A stretch of DNA of 64,000 nt from Acutalibacteraceae bacterium. Its GTDB lineage: Bacteria > Bacillota > Clostridia > Oscillospirales > Acutalibacteraceae. Location of the stretch: positions 10,197 through 74,196 of the forward strand of contig JAZUON010000007.1 in assembly GCA_045604685.1 (NCBI GenBank), in the 5' to 3' direction. Below the pieces are notes generated by a model. That model saw nothing but the letters and a program-made list of their open reading frames with translations. It was not told where the DNA came from and did no database searches. The first letter of the stretch is position 1. Every line of letters starts with the position of its first letter. The position numbers and the translations under genes were made by a program. Below are positions 32,505-41,743 of this stretch, one piece after another.

Positions 32505-32921
32505 TTATTTTATTGTATTATTAAATTTTTTGCTTGTGGCTTTAACGGAAAAATAAACAACAGTCCAGATTATAATATAAACAGCTACAAAAATTGCCGT
32601 GAATATTGCGATAACTTTCCATTCAAACGGAATCCATATATTAACCGTATAACAGATCACATAAACAGAATACAGACTTGCAAAATGGCACAGCAATGAC
32701 TTTGCAAGCGGCCAATGTTCAATCTGATTAAACACGCTTGAGCCTGCCTGAACAAAAGTCAGCAGATAGGTTGAAACAATGGCAAGCAGCACTTCGCCGC
32801 CGCTCAGGGAAAAATCAGTTAAAGTTTTTGAAAGTATAAAGTAGATTATTCCTGATATAATCGGCCCGAATCCGCCGAACATCATTCCTCTGCGCAGATA
32901 TTCTTTAAAATATTTGTTCAT
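32505..32921 (-). CDS. DUF3021-like membrane protein (4 TM)
   Basis: 138 aa, polytopic, immediately downstream of a LytTR gene. This is the usual LytTR-DUF3021 pairing. Confidence 0.65.
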   Translation of the reverse strand: MNKYFKEYLRRGMMFGGFGPIISGIIYFILSKTLTDFSLSGGEVLLAIVSTYLLTFVQAGSSVFNQIEHWPLAKSLLCHFASLYSVYVICYTVNIWIPFEWKVIAIFTAIFVAVYIIIWTVVYFSVKATSKKFNNTIK

Positions 32922-33355
32922 TATTTAACACCTAACCTTTCCTTAACAGCCTTCACGTTGCGGCGCGAAACATAATCAGTGTAACCGTTCTTTAATGTTA
33001 CGTTAAGCACGCCCGAAAAAGCTGCATCAAATTTCAAAATAAATTTAATATTGACAATACAGGATTGATTGATTTTAATAAATCCGTTATCCAACATATC
33101 TTCAACCTGATAAAGCCGCTGCTTTATGTGAAGTTTATTATTATCTGTTAAAGCATATACTTTATTATTTTCAATAGTAAAGCAACAAACTTCACCGAGG
33201 CTGACCACATAGGTTTCACCGTCGGCATATCCCGTCAGCTCATTTAAACCGTTTTTAACAAGGCTTTCAATTTCATTAACGAGCCTTGTTCTTTTACGGG
33301 CAAAAATATGCACCTCCTCATTGCAGTTTTCGTTAATGTTAACAATGCATTTCAT
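32921..33355 (-). CDS. LytTR-family DNA-binding protein
   Basis: 144 aa. FIKINQSCIVNIKFI...NGYTDYVSRRNVKAVKERL is the LytTR signature. Confidence 0.8.
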   Translation of the reverse strand: MKCIVNINENCNEEVHIFARKRTRLVNEIESLVKNGLNELTGYADGETYVVSLGEVCCFTIENNKVYALTDNNKLHIKQRLYQVEDMLDNGFIKINQSCIVNIKFILKFDAAFSGVLNVTLKNGYTDYVSRRNVKAVKERLGVK

Positions 33356-33473
33356 AAGAAGCCTCCTTACAACTGAATAATATATCCTTGACTATCAGAA
33401 TTCAAGAGTTTTTAAGCATTCGGCAGATTTTGAAATTTATTCGGTAACTTTTAAAAAAATTCAAAAAAAGGTA

Positions 33474-33502
33474 TTGACAAACCGAAAATCACACGCTATA
33501 AT
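33474..33502 (+). promoter_or_regulatory. sigma-A promoter of the perR-rbr unit
   Basis: TTGACA (33474-33479), a 17-nt spacer, then TATAAT (33497-33502). Confidence 0.75.
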
Positions 33503-33505
33503 AAT

Positions 33506-33530
33506 GCTAACGATAACGATTATCGTTAGC
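33506..33530. promoter_or_regulatory. putative Fur/PerR-family operator
   Basis: Perfect 11-3-11 inverted repeat GCTAACGATAA-CGA-TTATCGTTAGC, immediately downstream of the -10 and upstream of the RBS. Confidence 0.6.
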
Positions 33531-33546
33531 GAAAGGAGTGAATAGA

Positions 33547-33936
33547 ATGCAGGCTCAACGGCACAGCAAGCAAAGAGATGCAATCCTTGAAAATCTTTGT
33601 TCACGCTATGACCACCCCACGGCAGAAGACCTTTACTTTTCTCTTAAGCCCAAGATACCGGCGCTGAGCCTTGCAACGGTTTACAGAAACCTTGCTCAGC
33701 TTGAAGGTGACGGAAAAATAATCAGAATCGGCTCTGGCGGCACTGCAAGGTATGACGGCAACGTTAATCTTCACTATCACCTCACCTGCCTCAATTGCAA
33801 CGGCGTTTTTGACGTTTTTCTTGATGATGACTGCGGATTATGCAGCAAGGCTGCAAAGACATTTGACGGAAGAATAATTTCCCATTCGGTTTTATTTACA
33901 GGCTATTGTTCCTCCTGCTCAAAGCAGGTTGGATAA
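33547..33936 (+). CDS. perR: Fur-family transcriptional repressor, PerR-like
   Basis: HSKQRDAILENL...HPTAEDLY...SLATVYRNL plus two CxxC pairs (CLNC, CSSC). The ATG at 33547 is 8 nt after AAAGGAG. The track uses a GTG at 33538. The PerR assignment rests on the rubrerythrin neighbour. Confidence 0.75.
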   Translation: MQAQRHSKQRDAILENLCSRYDHPTAEDLYFSLKPKIPALSLATVYRNLAQLEGDGKIIRIGSGGTARYDGNVNLHYHLTCLNCNGVFDVFLDDDCGLCSKAAKTFDGRIISHSVLFTGYCSSCSKQVG

Positions 33937-33982
33937 GCATAAAAAGAAAAATTAAAAATTATATTTTTGGAGGAAAAATGTT

Positions 33983-34528
33983 ATGAAAAAGTTTGTATGT
34001 TCAGTATGCGGTTATGTTCACGAAGGTGACTCAGCTCCCGAATTCTGCCCCCAGTGCAAGGTGCCTGCAGAAAAGTTCAACGAGCAGGTTGAAGGCAATC
34101 TCACTTGGGCAGCAGAGCATGTTGTAGGCGTTGCAAAGGGCGTTAGCCAGGAAATCATCGACGGCCTGAGAGCTAACTTTGAAGGCGAATGCTCAGAGGT
34201 TGGCATGTATCTTGCAATGGCAAGAGTTGCTCACCGCGAGGGCTACCCCGAAATCGGTCTCTATTGGGAAAAGGCTGCATATGAAGAAGCAGAGCACGCC
34301 GCAAAGTTTGCAGAGCTTCTCGGCGAAGTTATCACAGACAGCACAAAGAAGAACCTCGAAATGAGAGTTGATGCAGAAAACGGCGCAACAGCAGGCAAAT
34401 TTGAGCTTGCAAAGATGGCTAAGGAGCAGGGTCTTGACGCTATCCATGACACCGTTCACGAAATGGCACGCGACGAGGCAAGACACGGCAAGGCATTCCA
34501 GGGTCTTCTTGAGAGATACTTCGGTTAA
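33983..34528 (+). CDS. rbr: reverse rubrerythrin (N-terminal rubredoxin domain plus C-terminal di-iron ferritin-like domain)
   Basis: 181 aa. CSVCGY...CPQC lies at the N-terminus, followed by E..EH di-iron motifs ([18 protein letters not shown]). Confidence 0.9.
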   Translation: MKKFVCSVCGYVHEGDSAPEFCPQCKVPAEKFNEQVEGNLTWAAEHVVGVAKGVSQEIIDGLRANFEGECSEVGMYLAMARVAHREGYPEIGLYWEKAAYEEAEHAAKFAELLGEVITDSTKKNLEMRVDAENGATAGKFELAKMAKEQGLDAIHDTVHEMARDEARHGKAFQGLLERYFG

Positions 34529-34542
34529 TTAAGAATGAAACA

Positions 34543-34575
34543 AAGCGCAAGGCGATTGCCTTGCGCTTATTTTTT
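34543..34575 (+). terminator. intrinsic terminator after rbr
   Basis: AAGCGCAAGGC-GATT-GCCTTGCGCTT followed by ATTTTTTG. Confidence 0.85.
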
Positions 34576-34689
34576 GCTGTATTCAATTATATCTCCGATA
34601 TCACAATTCAAAGCCTCACAGATTCTATCAAGAACATAACTATCATAGCGTTTAACCTTGGGGTTCACTTCAAAATGACAGCCTGATTT
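34567..34689 (-). pseudogene. 3' remnant of a small XRE-type HTH gene (C-terminal half only)
   Basis: The minus-strand frame reads ...SGCHFEVNPKVKRYDSYVLDRICEALNCDIGDIIEYSKK*. This matches the C-terminal half of YozG-like regulators (compare 3162-3371: VTLNDLCKILDCTPSEIIKYTKD). An in-frame TAA lies directly upstream and there is no ATG. Confidence 0.4.
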
Positions 34690-34690
34690 T

Positions 34691-36610
34691 CTAATATTTC
34701 TTTACTTTCAGCAGCCTTGCGGCGTTGGCAACGGAGATTATCATTGTACCCACATCGGCAAATATTGCTGTCCACATAGGTGCTATTCCTGCTATACCCA
34801 AAGCTATAACGGCAATTTTAACTGCAATTGAAAATGCAATGTTAGCCTTAAGCACCGCCATAGTACGCTTGCTTTGATAAACCGTATCCGCAAGCCTTGA
34901 AATCTCCGAATTAGTAAGAATTACATCCGCTGCCTCGCAGGCCGCCTGAGTACCCAGACCCATTGCAATGCCTACATCTGCGGATGCAAGCACGGGCGCG
35001 TCGTTAATACCGTCTCCGATATAAATAACACCCTTTGCGCCGTCCTTGATTTCTTCAAGGGCGGTTAATTTATCCTCCGGCAAAAGTCCGCTTCTGAAAT
35101 CATCAATCCCGCATTTTGTGCAGACCTTCCTCGCCTGCTCCGCACTGTCACCCGTAAGAATCAAAGAATGTTCAACGCCCAGCTTTCTCAGCTTTTCAAC
35201 CGTTTCAGGCGCAGCTTCTCTTATTTCGCCGTCAATTTCAATTGCACCGATTGCTTTGCCGTTCAGCGCAACATAAACGGGCGCTTTCGGAAAATCTTCA
35301 ACGCTGATTCCGTTTTGTTCCATCAGCCTTTCACCGCCGCAGAGTACTCTGCCCTCCACCGTAACTGCCGATGTTCCGCCGCCTGCAACCTCCGAAAACT
35401 CGGATATATCCGATTCATTAACATTGCCGCATCGACTGACAACAGCCCTTGCAATGGGATGTGTTGAATAGTATTCGCATCTTGCCGCCAAAGAAATAAC
35501 TCCGTCGGCATTATAGCCGTCTGCAGGATATATTTTGCCAACCTTAAGCTCGCCCGTAGTTAAAGTACCTGTTTTATCAAAAACCACGGTATCCGCCTTT
35601 GCAAGAGCTTCAATATAACGGCTGCCCTTGATAATCATTCCGTTTTTTGCTGCCGCACCCATTGAGGAAAAGAATGCAATGGGCGCCGAAAGAACAATGG
35701 AGCAAGGGCAGGATGCAACAAGCAGAAGCATGCTTCTGTAAATCCACTCACGCCAATCCCCCGTTATTACCGACGGAATAACCGCAACAAGAATTGCCGC
35801 AGCAATTACAGCAGGCGTATAATATTTTGCGAAGATTGAAACCGCACGCTGAGCAAAGCCTTTTTTCTGCGCGGCCTGCTCAACCATTTTTGCAATTCTC
35901 GCCGCAGATGACTCATTCTTTACGGCAGTTGCCTCAATCTGCAAAGTGTTGTTACCGTTTATCATACCGCTTGAAACGGCTGAACCTTTTTCAACCTGAA
36001 AAGGCATTGTTTCACCCGTCAGGGCAGATGCATCAACGCTGCCCGCCCCGTTTACAACAACGCCGTCAACGGGCACTGTTTCATGTGGCAGCACTGCAAG
36101 AATATCTCCGATTTTAACATCATCGGCATCAATCTTTTTCAGTGTACCGTCAGGCATAACAAGATTCGCCTCATCGCTGACAATACTGAAAATTGCCTCA
36201 ACCGCTTTTCTGCTTCTGCCGCTTGCATAATCTTCCATAAGCTCCCCTGCCCTGAACAGCACGGAGAGCATTGCCGCTTCAAAAAATTCTTTCAGAACTA
36301 TAGCAGCTGCAACCGCAACAATCAGCAGCAGCGATTCGTTTATTTTGAATTTCATAACGGATTTCACTGCGCTTATGAGGGTAGGTATTCCGCAGATAAC
36401 GGTTGCACCGAGCAGCAAAATGCTTTTTATTTCTTCCGCAAAAGGCAGAAAGGATGCAACTATCAGCACTGCTCCTGCAATAACCGCAGCAACAGGCAGC
36501 TTGCTTTCTTTTTCAGTTTCGCAACAATGTCCGCAGCCGCAGGTTTCAATTTTTGCTTTGCCATGTCCGTCACAACCGCAGCCACATCCGCATTCTTGTT
36601 TATGTTCCAT
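34691..36610 (-). CDS. heavy-metal-translocating P1B-type ATPase (Cd/Zn/Co-type)
   Basis: 639 aa with the CPC motif (ASCPCSIVLSAP), DKTGTLT and GDGINDAP. The N-terminus is Cys/His-rich (ECGCGCGCDGHG...CGCGHCC). Confidence 0.92.
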   Translation of the reverse strand: MEHKQECGCGCGCDGHGKAKIETCGCGHCCETEKESKLPVAAVIAGAVLIVASFLPFAEEIKSILLLGATVICGIPTLISAVKSVMKFKINESLLLIVAVAAAIVLKEFFEAAMLSVLFRAGELMEDYASGRSRKAVEAIFSIVSDEANLVMPDGTLKKIDADDVKIGDILAVLPHETVPVDGVVVNGAGSVDASALTGETMPFQVEKGSAVSSGMINGNNTLQIEATAVKNESSAARIAKMVEQAAQKKGFAQRAVSIFAKYYTPAVIAAAILVAVIPSVITGDWREWIYRSMLLLVASCPCSIVLSAPIAFFSSMGAAAKNGMIIKGSRYIEALAKADTVVFDKTGTLTTGELKVGKIYPADGYNADGVISLAARCEYYSTHPIARAVVSRCGNVNESDISEFSEVAGGGTSAVTVEGRVLCGGERLMEQNGISVEDFPKAPVYVALNGKAIGAIEIDGEIREAAPETVEKLRKLGVEHSLILTGDSAEQARKVCTKCGIDDFRSGLLPEDKLTALEEIKDGAKGVIYIGDGINDAPVLASADVGIAMGLGTQAACEAADVILTNSEISRLADTVYQSKRTMAVLKANIAFSIAVKIAVIALGIAGIAPMWTAIFADVGTMIISVANAARLLKVKKY

Positions 36611-36619
36611 AAAAACACC

Positions 36620-36973
36620 TCATTTGTGAAGAATATGCTCAAGACCCGCCTCAAGAATTTCCCTGACATGGTCATCATCAAGGGAATAATAAACGGTTTT
36701 CCCTGCCCTGCGAGGTCTTACCAGCCCTGCCGCGCGAAGAATCCTTAGCTGATGAGAAACCGCACTCTGACCCATTTCAAGACGCTCCGCAAGATGCAAA
36801 ACACACATTTCCCCTGCCGTCAGCGCGGTTAAAATTCTTATCCTTGTGCTGTCACCAAAAACCTTGAAAAGCTCAGACAAATCATACAGTATCTCAATAT
36901 CGGGCTCATCGGATTTGTTGATGGCATCGCAGATGCAGCCTTTTTTCAACTTTGTATTATCCATATGCACCAC
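36620..36973 (-). CDS. ArsR/SmtB-family metalloregulator (CadC-like)
   Basis: 117 aa. ELFKVFGDSTRIRILTAL..GEMCV..L...L.MGQSAVSHQLRILR, plus N-terminal cysteines (CICD). Confidence 0.88.
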   Translation of the reverse strand: MVHMDNTKLKKGCICDAINKSDEPDIEILYDLSELFKVFGDSTRIRILTALTAGEMCVLHLAERLEMGQSAVSHQLRILRAAGLVRPRRAGKTVYYSLDDDHVREILEAGLEHILHK

Positions 36974-36994
36974 CTCCGCACAAATTCATTTCAC

Positions 36995-37020
36995 AACATA
37001 TGAATATATATTCATATGTT
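36995..37020. promoter_or_regulatory. putative ArsR/CadC operator
   Basis: Perfect 26-bp palindrome AACATATGAATAT|ATATTCATATGTT, located 22 nt upstream of the regulator start. Confidence 0.7.
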
Positions 37021-37172
37021 GGTTTTATTGTAGACGGTTTTTCATTTTTTGTCAAGCACCGTGGCAAGGAATTATATTTGATTGTTCAATTTGCCGAAAA
37101 ACGATTGACTATTTGCAATTAAATATATATAATATAAGTAATTATAATCATTTTTTGAAAAGGATAGCATTT

Positions 37173-37724
37173 ATGAAAAAAATAATTGCCGCAGTAATCT
37201 GCATTGCACTTCTATTCGGAGGATGCGCAGCAAAAGTCCCCGACCCTCTTGACGAAAACTATGTTGGCGAGGGTCAGATGACCGTGCTGCGTTACCTGAT
37301 TAATTCAAATGCATTTTTTGTTGAAGATGTTTTTGTTGAAAGCCCGCTGCCCGCGGAAACCGGCAAAGATATTACCAACGAAAGCGGAACATTTGCACCT
37401 GTTGTTTCCGACACAATCGGCTCATACACCGAGCTGAAGGAAACATTGGAGGCAACCTACACGAAGGAGGCTGCCGAAAAAATCCTGAGCGAATCTGACA
37501 GATATGCAGAAATTGACGGCCAACTTTATTTCAACACAAAATATGCAAACACAGAGGCGGAGGACTACGACTGGTCTGAGCCTGAAATTGAGATTATCAG
37601 CGTTTCCGACGGAACATATGAGCTTGAGGTTACAATAAAAAAATCAAGCGGCTTCAGGCACAGCTTTCAGGCTAAGGCTGTAACGGTTAACGGCGATATC
37701 CGCCTTGACGATATGTACTATTAA
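37173..37724 (+). CDS. lipoprotein, unknown function
   Basis: MKKIIAAVICIALLFGGCAAK carries a lipobox LFGGC. 183 aa. The track ORF (36846) includes a spurious 5' extension. Confidence 0.65.
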   Translation: MKKIIAAVICIALLFGGCAAKVPDPLDENYVGEGQMTVLRYLINSNAFFVEDVFVESPLPAETGKDITNESGTFAPVVSDTIGSYTELKETLEATYTKEAAEKILSESDRYAEIDGQLYFNTKYANTEAEDYDWSEPEIEIISVSDGTYELEVTIKKSSGFRHSFQAKAVTVNGDIRLDDMYY

Positions 37725-37748
37725 TCATACTTATGCAGGAGAAAATTT

Positions 37749-39506
37749 ATGAATGAACTGAGAACAAAATGGTTTAAGGATATCAGCAAGGATTGCCCTC
37801 TGCCCGAATATCCCAGACCTCAGCTTGAAAGAGCAAGCTGGCTTTGCCTTAACGGTGAATACGACTATGCCATCACTGATGAAAATGCAGAAAAACCTGA
37901 AAGCTATGATGGCAAAATCCTTGTTCCGTTTGCCATCGAATCAGCTGCATCTGGTGTGCAGAAGCACCTGAAGCCCGAGGAAAGGCTCTGGTACCGCAGA
38001 TTTTTCACCCTTAACGATAATTTCAACGAAAAGAGAACAATTCTGCACTTTGATGCCGTTGATTGGCAGTGCAGCGTGTGGGTAAACTCCGTGCCTATAG
38101 GTGAGCACACAGGCGGTTATAACCCGTTCAGCTTTGATATTACAGATGTTCTTAAAGAGGGCGAAAATGAGCTTGTTGTTAAGGTTTACGACCCCACGGA
38201 TTCGGGCCATCAGCAAAGAGGCAAGCAGGTTCATAAGTCGAAGGGCTTCTGGTACACTCCCACATCAGGAATATGGCAGACCGTGTGGCTTGAGCCTGTT
38301 AATTACTGCCATATTGAAAACATCAAGCTCACGCCCGACATTGATGCAGGCGTAATCGGCGTTAAGATTAATCACACCTGCCAATGCGGCGGCAAACTTT
38401 ATGCAAAGATTCTTGACGGAGATAAGGTTGTTTTTGAAGGTGAAATCAATGCGGATACAAAAATCTCCGTTCCCGATGCAAAGCTCTGGAGCCCTGAAAA
38501 TCCTTTTCTTTATGACCTTTACATTACTCTTGAATGTGACGGCGAAAAGGATGAAGTCAAAAGCTACTTCGGAATGCGCAAATATTCAATAATGAAGGAT
38601 GACAAAGGAATCCCCCGACTCGCTCTCAACAACAAGCCTTATTTCCAGAAAGGCCTGCTTGACCAGGGTTATTGGCCTGAAAGCCAGCTCACTCCCCCCA
38701 GCGACGAGGCAATGATTTTTGACATCGAAAAGATGAAGGAAGTCGGCTTCAACATGCTTCGCAAGCATATCAAGGCCGAGCCCCTCAGGTGGTATTATCA
38801 CTGCGACAGACTTGGAATGCTTGTCTGGCAGGATATGATAAGCGGCGGTCAATACATCGGCAACATCCTCGCAGGTGTATTTCCCAACCTTAACATCCAT
38901 GTTAAGGATAATATTTACAAAAGCTTCAAGCGCGGCAAACCCGAGTGGCGCGAGGAATTCCGACAAGAGCTTTGGGCCATGATTGACAACCTTTACAACA
39001 GCGTTTCAATCTGCTGCTGGGTACCCTTTAACGAGGGCTGGGGTCAGTTTGATGCCCACGAAATCGGAATCAAGGTGAAGGAAATCGACCCCACAAGATT
39101 TGTTGACCATGCAAGCGGTTGGCACGACCAAAAAGGCCCCGACTTCAAGAGCGTTCACAGATACATTGTTCCCGTTACCGCACCCACAAGATTCACAAAA
39201 AGAGGCAGGCCCTTTGTTCTGAGTGAATACGGCGGCTATAGCTGGAATATTGAAAATCATGTGTGGAACAAAGCTCGCTCCTTCGGCTACATTATGTTCG
39301 GCAACAGCAAAAGCCTTTCCGCCGCATACAGACACCTTCATGAGGTTCAGATTCTCAGGCTTATAAAAAAAGGCCTGAGCGCAACGGTTTACACTCAGGT
39401 CAGCGATGTTGAATTTGAGGTTAACGGAATTTACAGTTACGACAGAGAGGTTCTCAAAATAGACAAGGATGTCCTTATTGATATTAACAGCAAGCTGACA
39501 TATTAA
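37749..39506 (+). CDS. glycoside hydrolase family 2 protein
   Basis: 585 aa with PEYPRPQLER, a sugar-binding domain, and a TIM barrel with NEGWGQ and SEYGG regions typical of GH2. Confidence 0.8.
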   Translation: MNELRTKWFKDISKDCPLPEYPRPQLERASWLCLNGEYDYAITDENAEKPESYDGKILVPFAIESAASGVQKHLKPEERLWYRRFFTLNDNFNEKRTILHFDAVDWQCSVWVNSVPIGEHTGGYNPFSFDITDVLKEGENELVVKVYDPTDSGHQQRGKQVHKSKGFWYTPTSGIWQTVWLEPVNYCHIENIKLTPDIDAGVIGVKINHTCQCGGKLYAKILDGDKVVFEGEINADTKISVPDAKLWSPENPFLYDLYITLECDGEKDEVKSYFGMRKYSIMKDDKGIPRLALNNKPYFQKGLLDQGYWPESQLTPPSDEAMIFDIEKMKEVGFNMLRKHIKAEPLRWYYHCDRLGMLVWQDMISGGQYIGNILAGVFPNLNIHVKDNIYKSFKRGKPEWREEFRQELWAMIDNLYNSVSICCWVPFNEGWGQFDAHEIGIKVKEIDPTRFVDHASGWHDQKGPDFKSVHRYIVPVTAPTRFTKRGRPFVLSEYGGYSWNIENHVWNKARSFGYIMFGNSKSLSAAYRHLHEVQILRLIKKGLSATVYTQVSDVEFEVNGIYSYDREVLKIDKDVLIDINSKLTY

Positions 39507-39517
39507 TTAAGGAAGCG

Positions 39518-40510
39518 GTGGTTACATTGACATCAAACGCCAATGCAAGAACAAGATTGCTTATTCTTGTGGAAATTTTTACAATGTTCTCCGACGAAAA
39601 CAATATTCTTTCCCTTGATGAAATCTGCGAACACCTGCATGATTACGGCTACGATGTTTCAAAAAGAAATGTTACGGCTGACATAAAAGCAATAAACACA
39701 ACACCCGTAAAAATCATCAGTGTGTCAAAGCCCAAAAAGGGATATTACATTGTGAAGAATTTTTCACAGGATGCAGTCTGGCTTATTCTTGAGGCAATTT
39801 TTTCATCCGATATTCTTTCGGAGGAGGAAACGGAATACATCAAAAAGTATCTTCGCAGAAACACATGTATCCCAACACTTGACCTGATTCTTAACACAAC
39901 GGTCAACCTTAATTCGTATGCACCGAAAAGAAAAATCTCGGGAGAAACACTTAACACCCTCAGGCAGGCAATACGCGACAAGCAGCAGGTTGTTCTGACT
40001 GTTTCCCGTTCCACTCCGGGCGATTCCTTTTCGGATGCAAGAAAGCTCGAAACGGTTACGGTTAACCCCATAATCCTGACGGTTGCAGACGGAAACGTTT
40101 CCCTTATTTTCACAAATGTAATTACACCAAAAAAATCCGAGTTTGTAAATCTTCAGAGAATTGAGGATGCCCGGATTCTCAAATCAGAAGCAACGGAATA
40201 CACCGATGACCTTGTTTCGGCGGTCAGCTATTTCGACGGAAGCGCTTCGGAAGCAAGCTATTACTTCAAGGAATGGCTCCTGATAAGATTCAGAGAGGAA
40301 CACATTGAACTTATCGAAAACCGCTTCAGCCCCCCTGTCCAGTACCGAAAGGACGAAAAAGAGGGTTACTGCAACGCCAAGGTTTACACCGTTTTTGATG
40401 ATAAGCTATTGGGCTGGCTTTTCGCCCTTGCGGATAAAATAGAGATTGTTGCTCCTCAACGAATCAAGCAAATGTTTGAAGATAAAGCGAAAAATATTCT
40501 TAATTTATAA
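39518..40510 (+). CDS. HTH plus WYL-like-domain transcriptional regulator (YafY-like architecture)
   Basis: N-terminal ARTRLLILVEIF...LSLDEICEHL wHTH, a central WYL-like beta domain, and a C-terminal LLGWLFALADKIEIVAPQRIKQMF (WCX-like). GTG start after AAGGAAG. Confidence 0.6.
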   Translation: MVTLTSNANARTRLLILVEIFTMFSDENNILSLDEICEHLHDYGYDVSKRNVTADIKAINTTPVKIISVSKPKKGYYIVKNFSQDAVWLILEAIFSSDILSEEETEYIKKYLRRNTCIPTLDLILNTTVNLNSYAPKRKISGETLNTLRQAIRDKQQVVLTVSRSTPGDSFSDARKLETVTVNPIILTVADGNVSLIFTNVITPKKSEFVNLQRIEDARILKSEATEYTDDLVSAVSYFDGSASEASYYFKEWLLIRFREEHIELIENRFSPPVQYRKDEKEGYCNAKVYTVFDDKLLGWLFALADKIEIVAPQRIKQMFEDKAKNILNL

Positions 40511-40523
40511 AAGAGGTAATACC

Positions 40524-41696
40524 ATGAAAAGAACAAGCAAAATTTTTAAGAGAATTCTCGCTGCAACTATGGCAGCACTCCTTCTTTTTTCTCTCGCATC
40601 CTGCAAAACAAACCCCGCAGGCAAAGGCGACGAGGTTGTTCTTCCCCAAAAGAAGGTAGCAATTCTTGTTGCACCCGAAGCACAGTTTCCCGAAGACTAC
40701 AGAGCCGCGCAGGAGCTTGCAGCAGAATATCCCGGCACAATTGTTGTTAAAGAATATGACGACAGCCGTATTCTTAAGGGCGGCGACCCCGGCATAATCA
40801 CTCTTTCGAAAGAGATTGCCGCAAACACGGAATTTGGCGCAATTGTTTATGCAAGAGCTACTCAGTACACCCGAAACGCCATTTACAAGGCTAAGGAAAT
40901 TAATCCTGACATCGTAACCGTCTGCATTGAGCCCGAGGATGATATTGAAGAAATTTCAGAGCTTTCATCACTTGTTCTTTGTGTTGATTGGGCAAAAGCT
41001 GCAGAGGATATCGTTGCTCAGGCAAAGGCTCAGGGTGCAAAATACTTCCTTGCATTTTTTGTTTCGCGAACAATGACCAGCAACAAGCTCATCAGAGATG
41101 CGATAAATTCAATCAAAGCCTCCTGCGAAGCTCAGGGAATCACCTTCATAAGCGATAGCAGCGCAGACACAAACAGCGTTCAGATTGCAGGCGCTCAGAA
41201 ATACATTGGTGAAGCAATCGCAAGGCACTACATGAACAACGATATCGAAGGCAAAGATGTTGCAGTTTTCTCAACAGACAGTGCCGTACAGTCAACACTT
41301 GTTGAGCAAGCTGATAAGAGAGGCCTTATTTACATCTGCCCCTCCTTCCCCACCGCCTACAACGGCATTGGCGAGGTGCTTGACATTGCTGCTCCCGAAA
41401 AGGTTGCAGATGTTGACTCATACATCAAGAATGCCAAAGAAGCAGTTAAAGCCCACACAAGCGGCACTGCAAGGCTTTCAATCTACAAAACTCCCCTTGC
41501 AACAATCCTTCTCAGAGGCGCAATTCACAGCGCATTTGACCTTCTCAACGGCACAACAACCGCTGAAAACATGGCCGAAAAAGTAACTTCAAGAGTATCC
41601 GTTGCATCAGGCAGCAAAGATATCAGCGTTACCGCATACGACACAATGACAAATGTGTTCAAGGTATATCAGGCAGGATTTGAAACACTCAGATAA
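40524..41696 (+). CDS. lipoprotein, periplasmic-binding-protein-like (possibly DUF3798; unverified)
   Basis: MKRTSKIFKRILAATMAALLLFSLASCK carries a lipobox. The alternating beta-alpha pattern (KVAILVAPE...) resembles a type I PBP fold. The ATG at 40524 follows AGAGG. Confidence 0.55.
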   Translation: MKRTSKIFKRILAATMAALLLFSLASCKTNPAGKGDEVVLPQKKVAILVAPEAQFPEDYRAAQELAAEYPGTIVVKEYDDSRILKGGDPGIITLSKEIAANTEFGAIVYARATQYTRNAIYKAKEINPDIVTVCIEPEDDIEEISELSSLVLCVDWAKAAEDIVAQAKAQGAKYFLAFFVSRTMTSNKLIRDAINSIKASCEAQGITFISDSSADTNSVQIAGAQKYIGEAIARHYMNNDIEGKDVAVFSTDSAVQSTLVEQADKRGLIYICPSFPTAYNGIGEVLDIAAPEKVADVDSYIKNAKEAVKAHTSGTARLSIYKTPLATILLRGAIHSAFDLLNGTTTAENMAEKVTSRVSVASGSKDISVTAYDTMTNVFKVYQAGFETLR

Positions 41697-41709
41697 AATA
41701 CAAACAACA

Positions 41710-41732
41710 AGCCCCGACCGATGGTCGGGGCT
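41710..41732. terminator. bidirectional intrinsic terminator
   Basis: AGCCCCGACC-GAT-GGTCGGGGCT followed by TTTCTT, between convergent genes. Confidence 0.8.
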
Positions 41733-41743
41733 TTTCTTAGTCT

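Noticed and set aside
36083-37172. Plus-strand ORFs of 221 aa (36083-36748), plus the 5' extension of the 292-aa ORF (36846-37172).
   Set aside because: The first is antisense to the P-type ATPase and ArsR genes. The second runs antisense through arsR and the operator. The real gene starts at the lipoprotein signal peptide at 37173.
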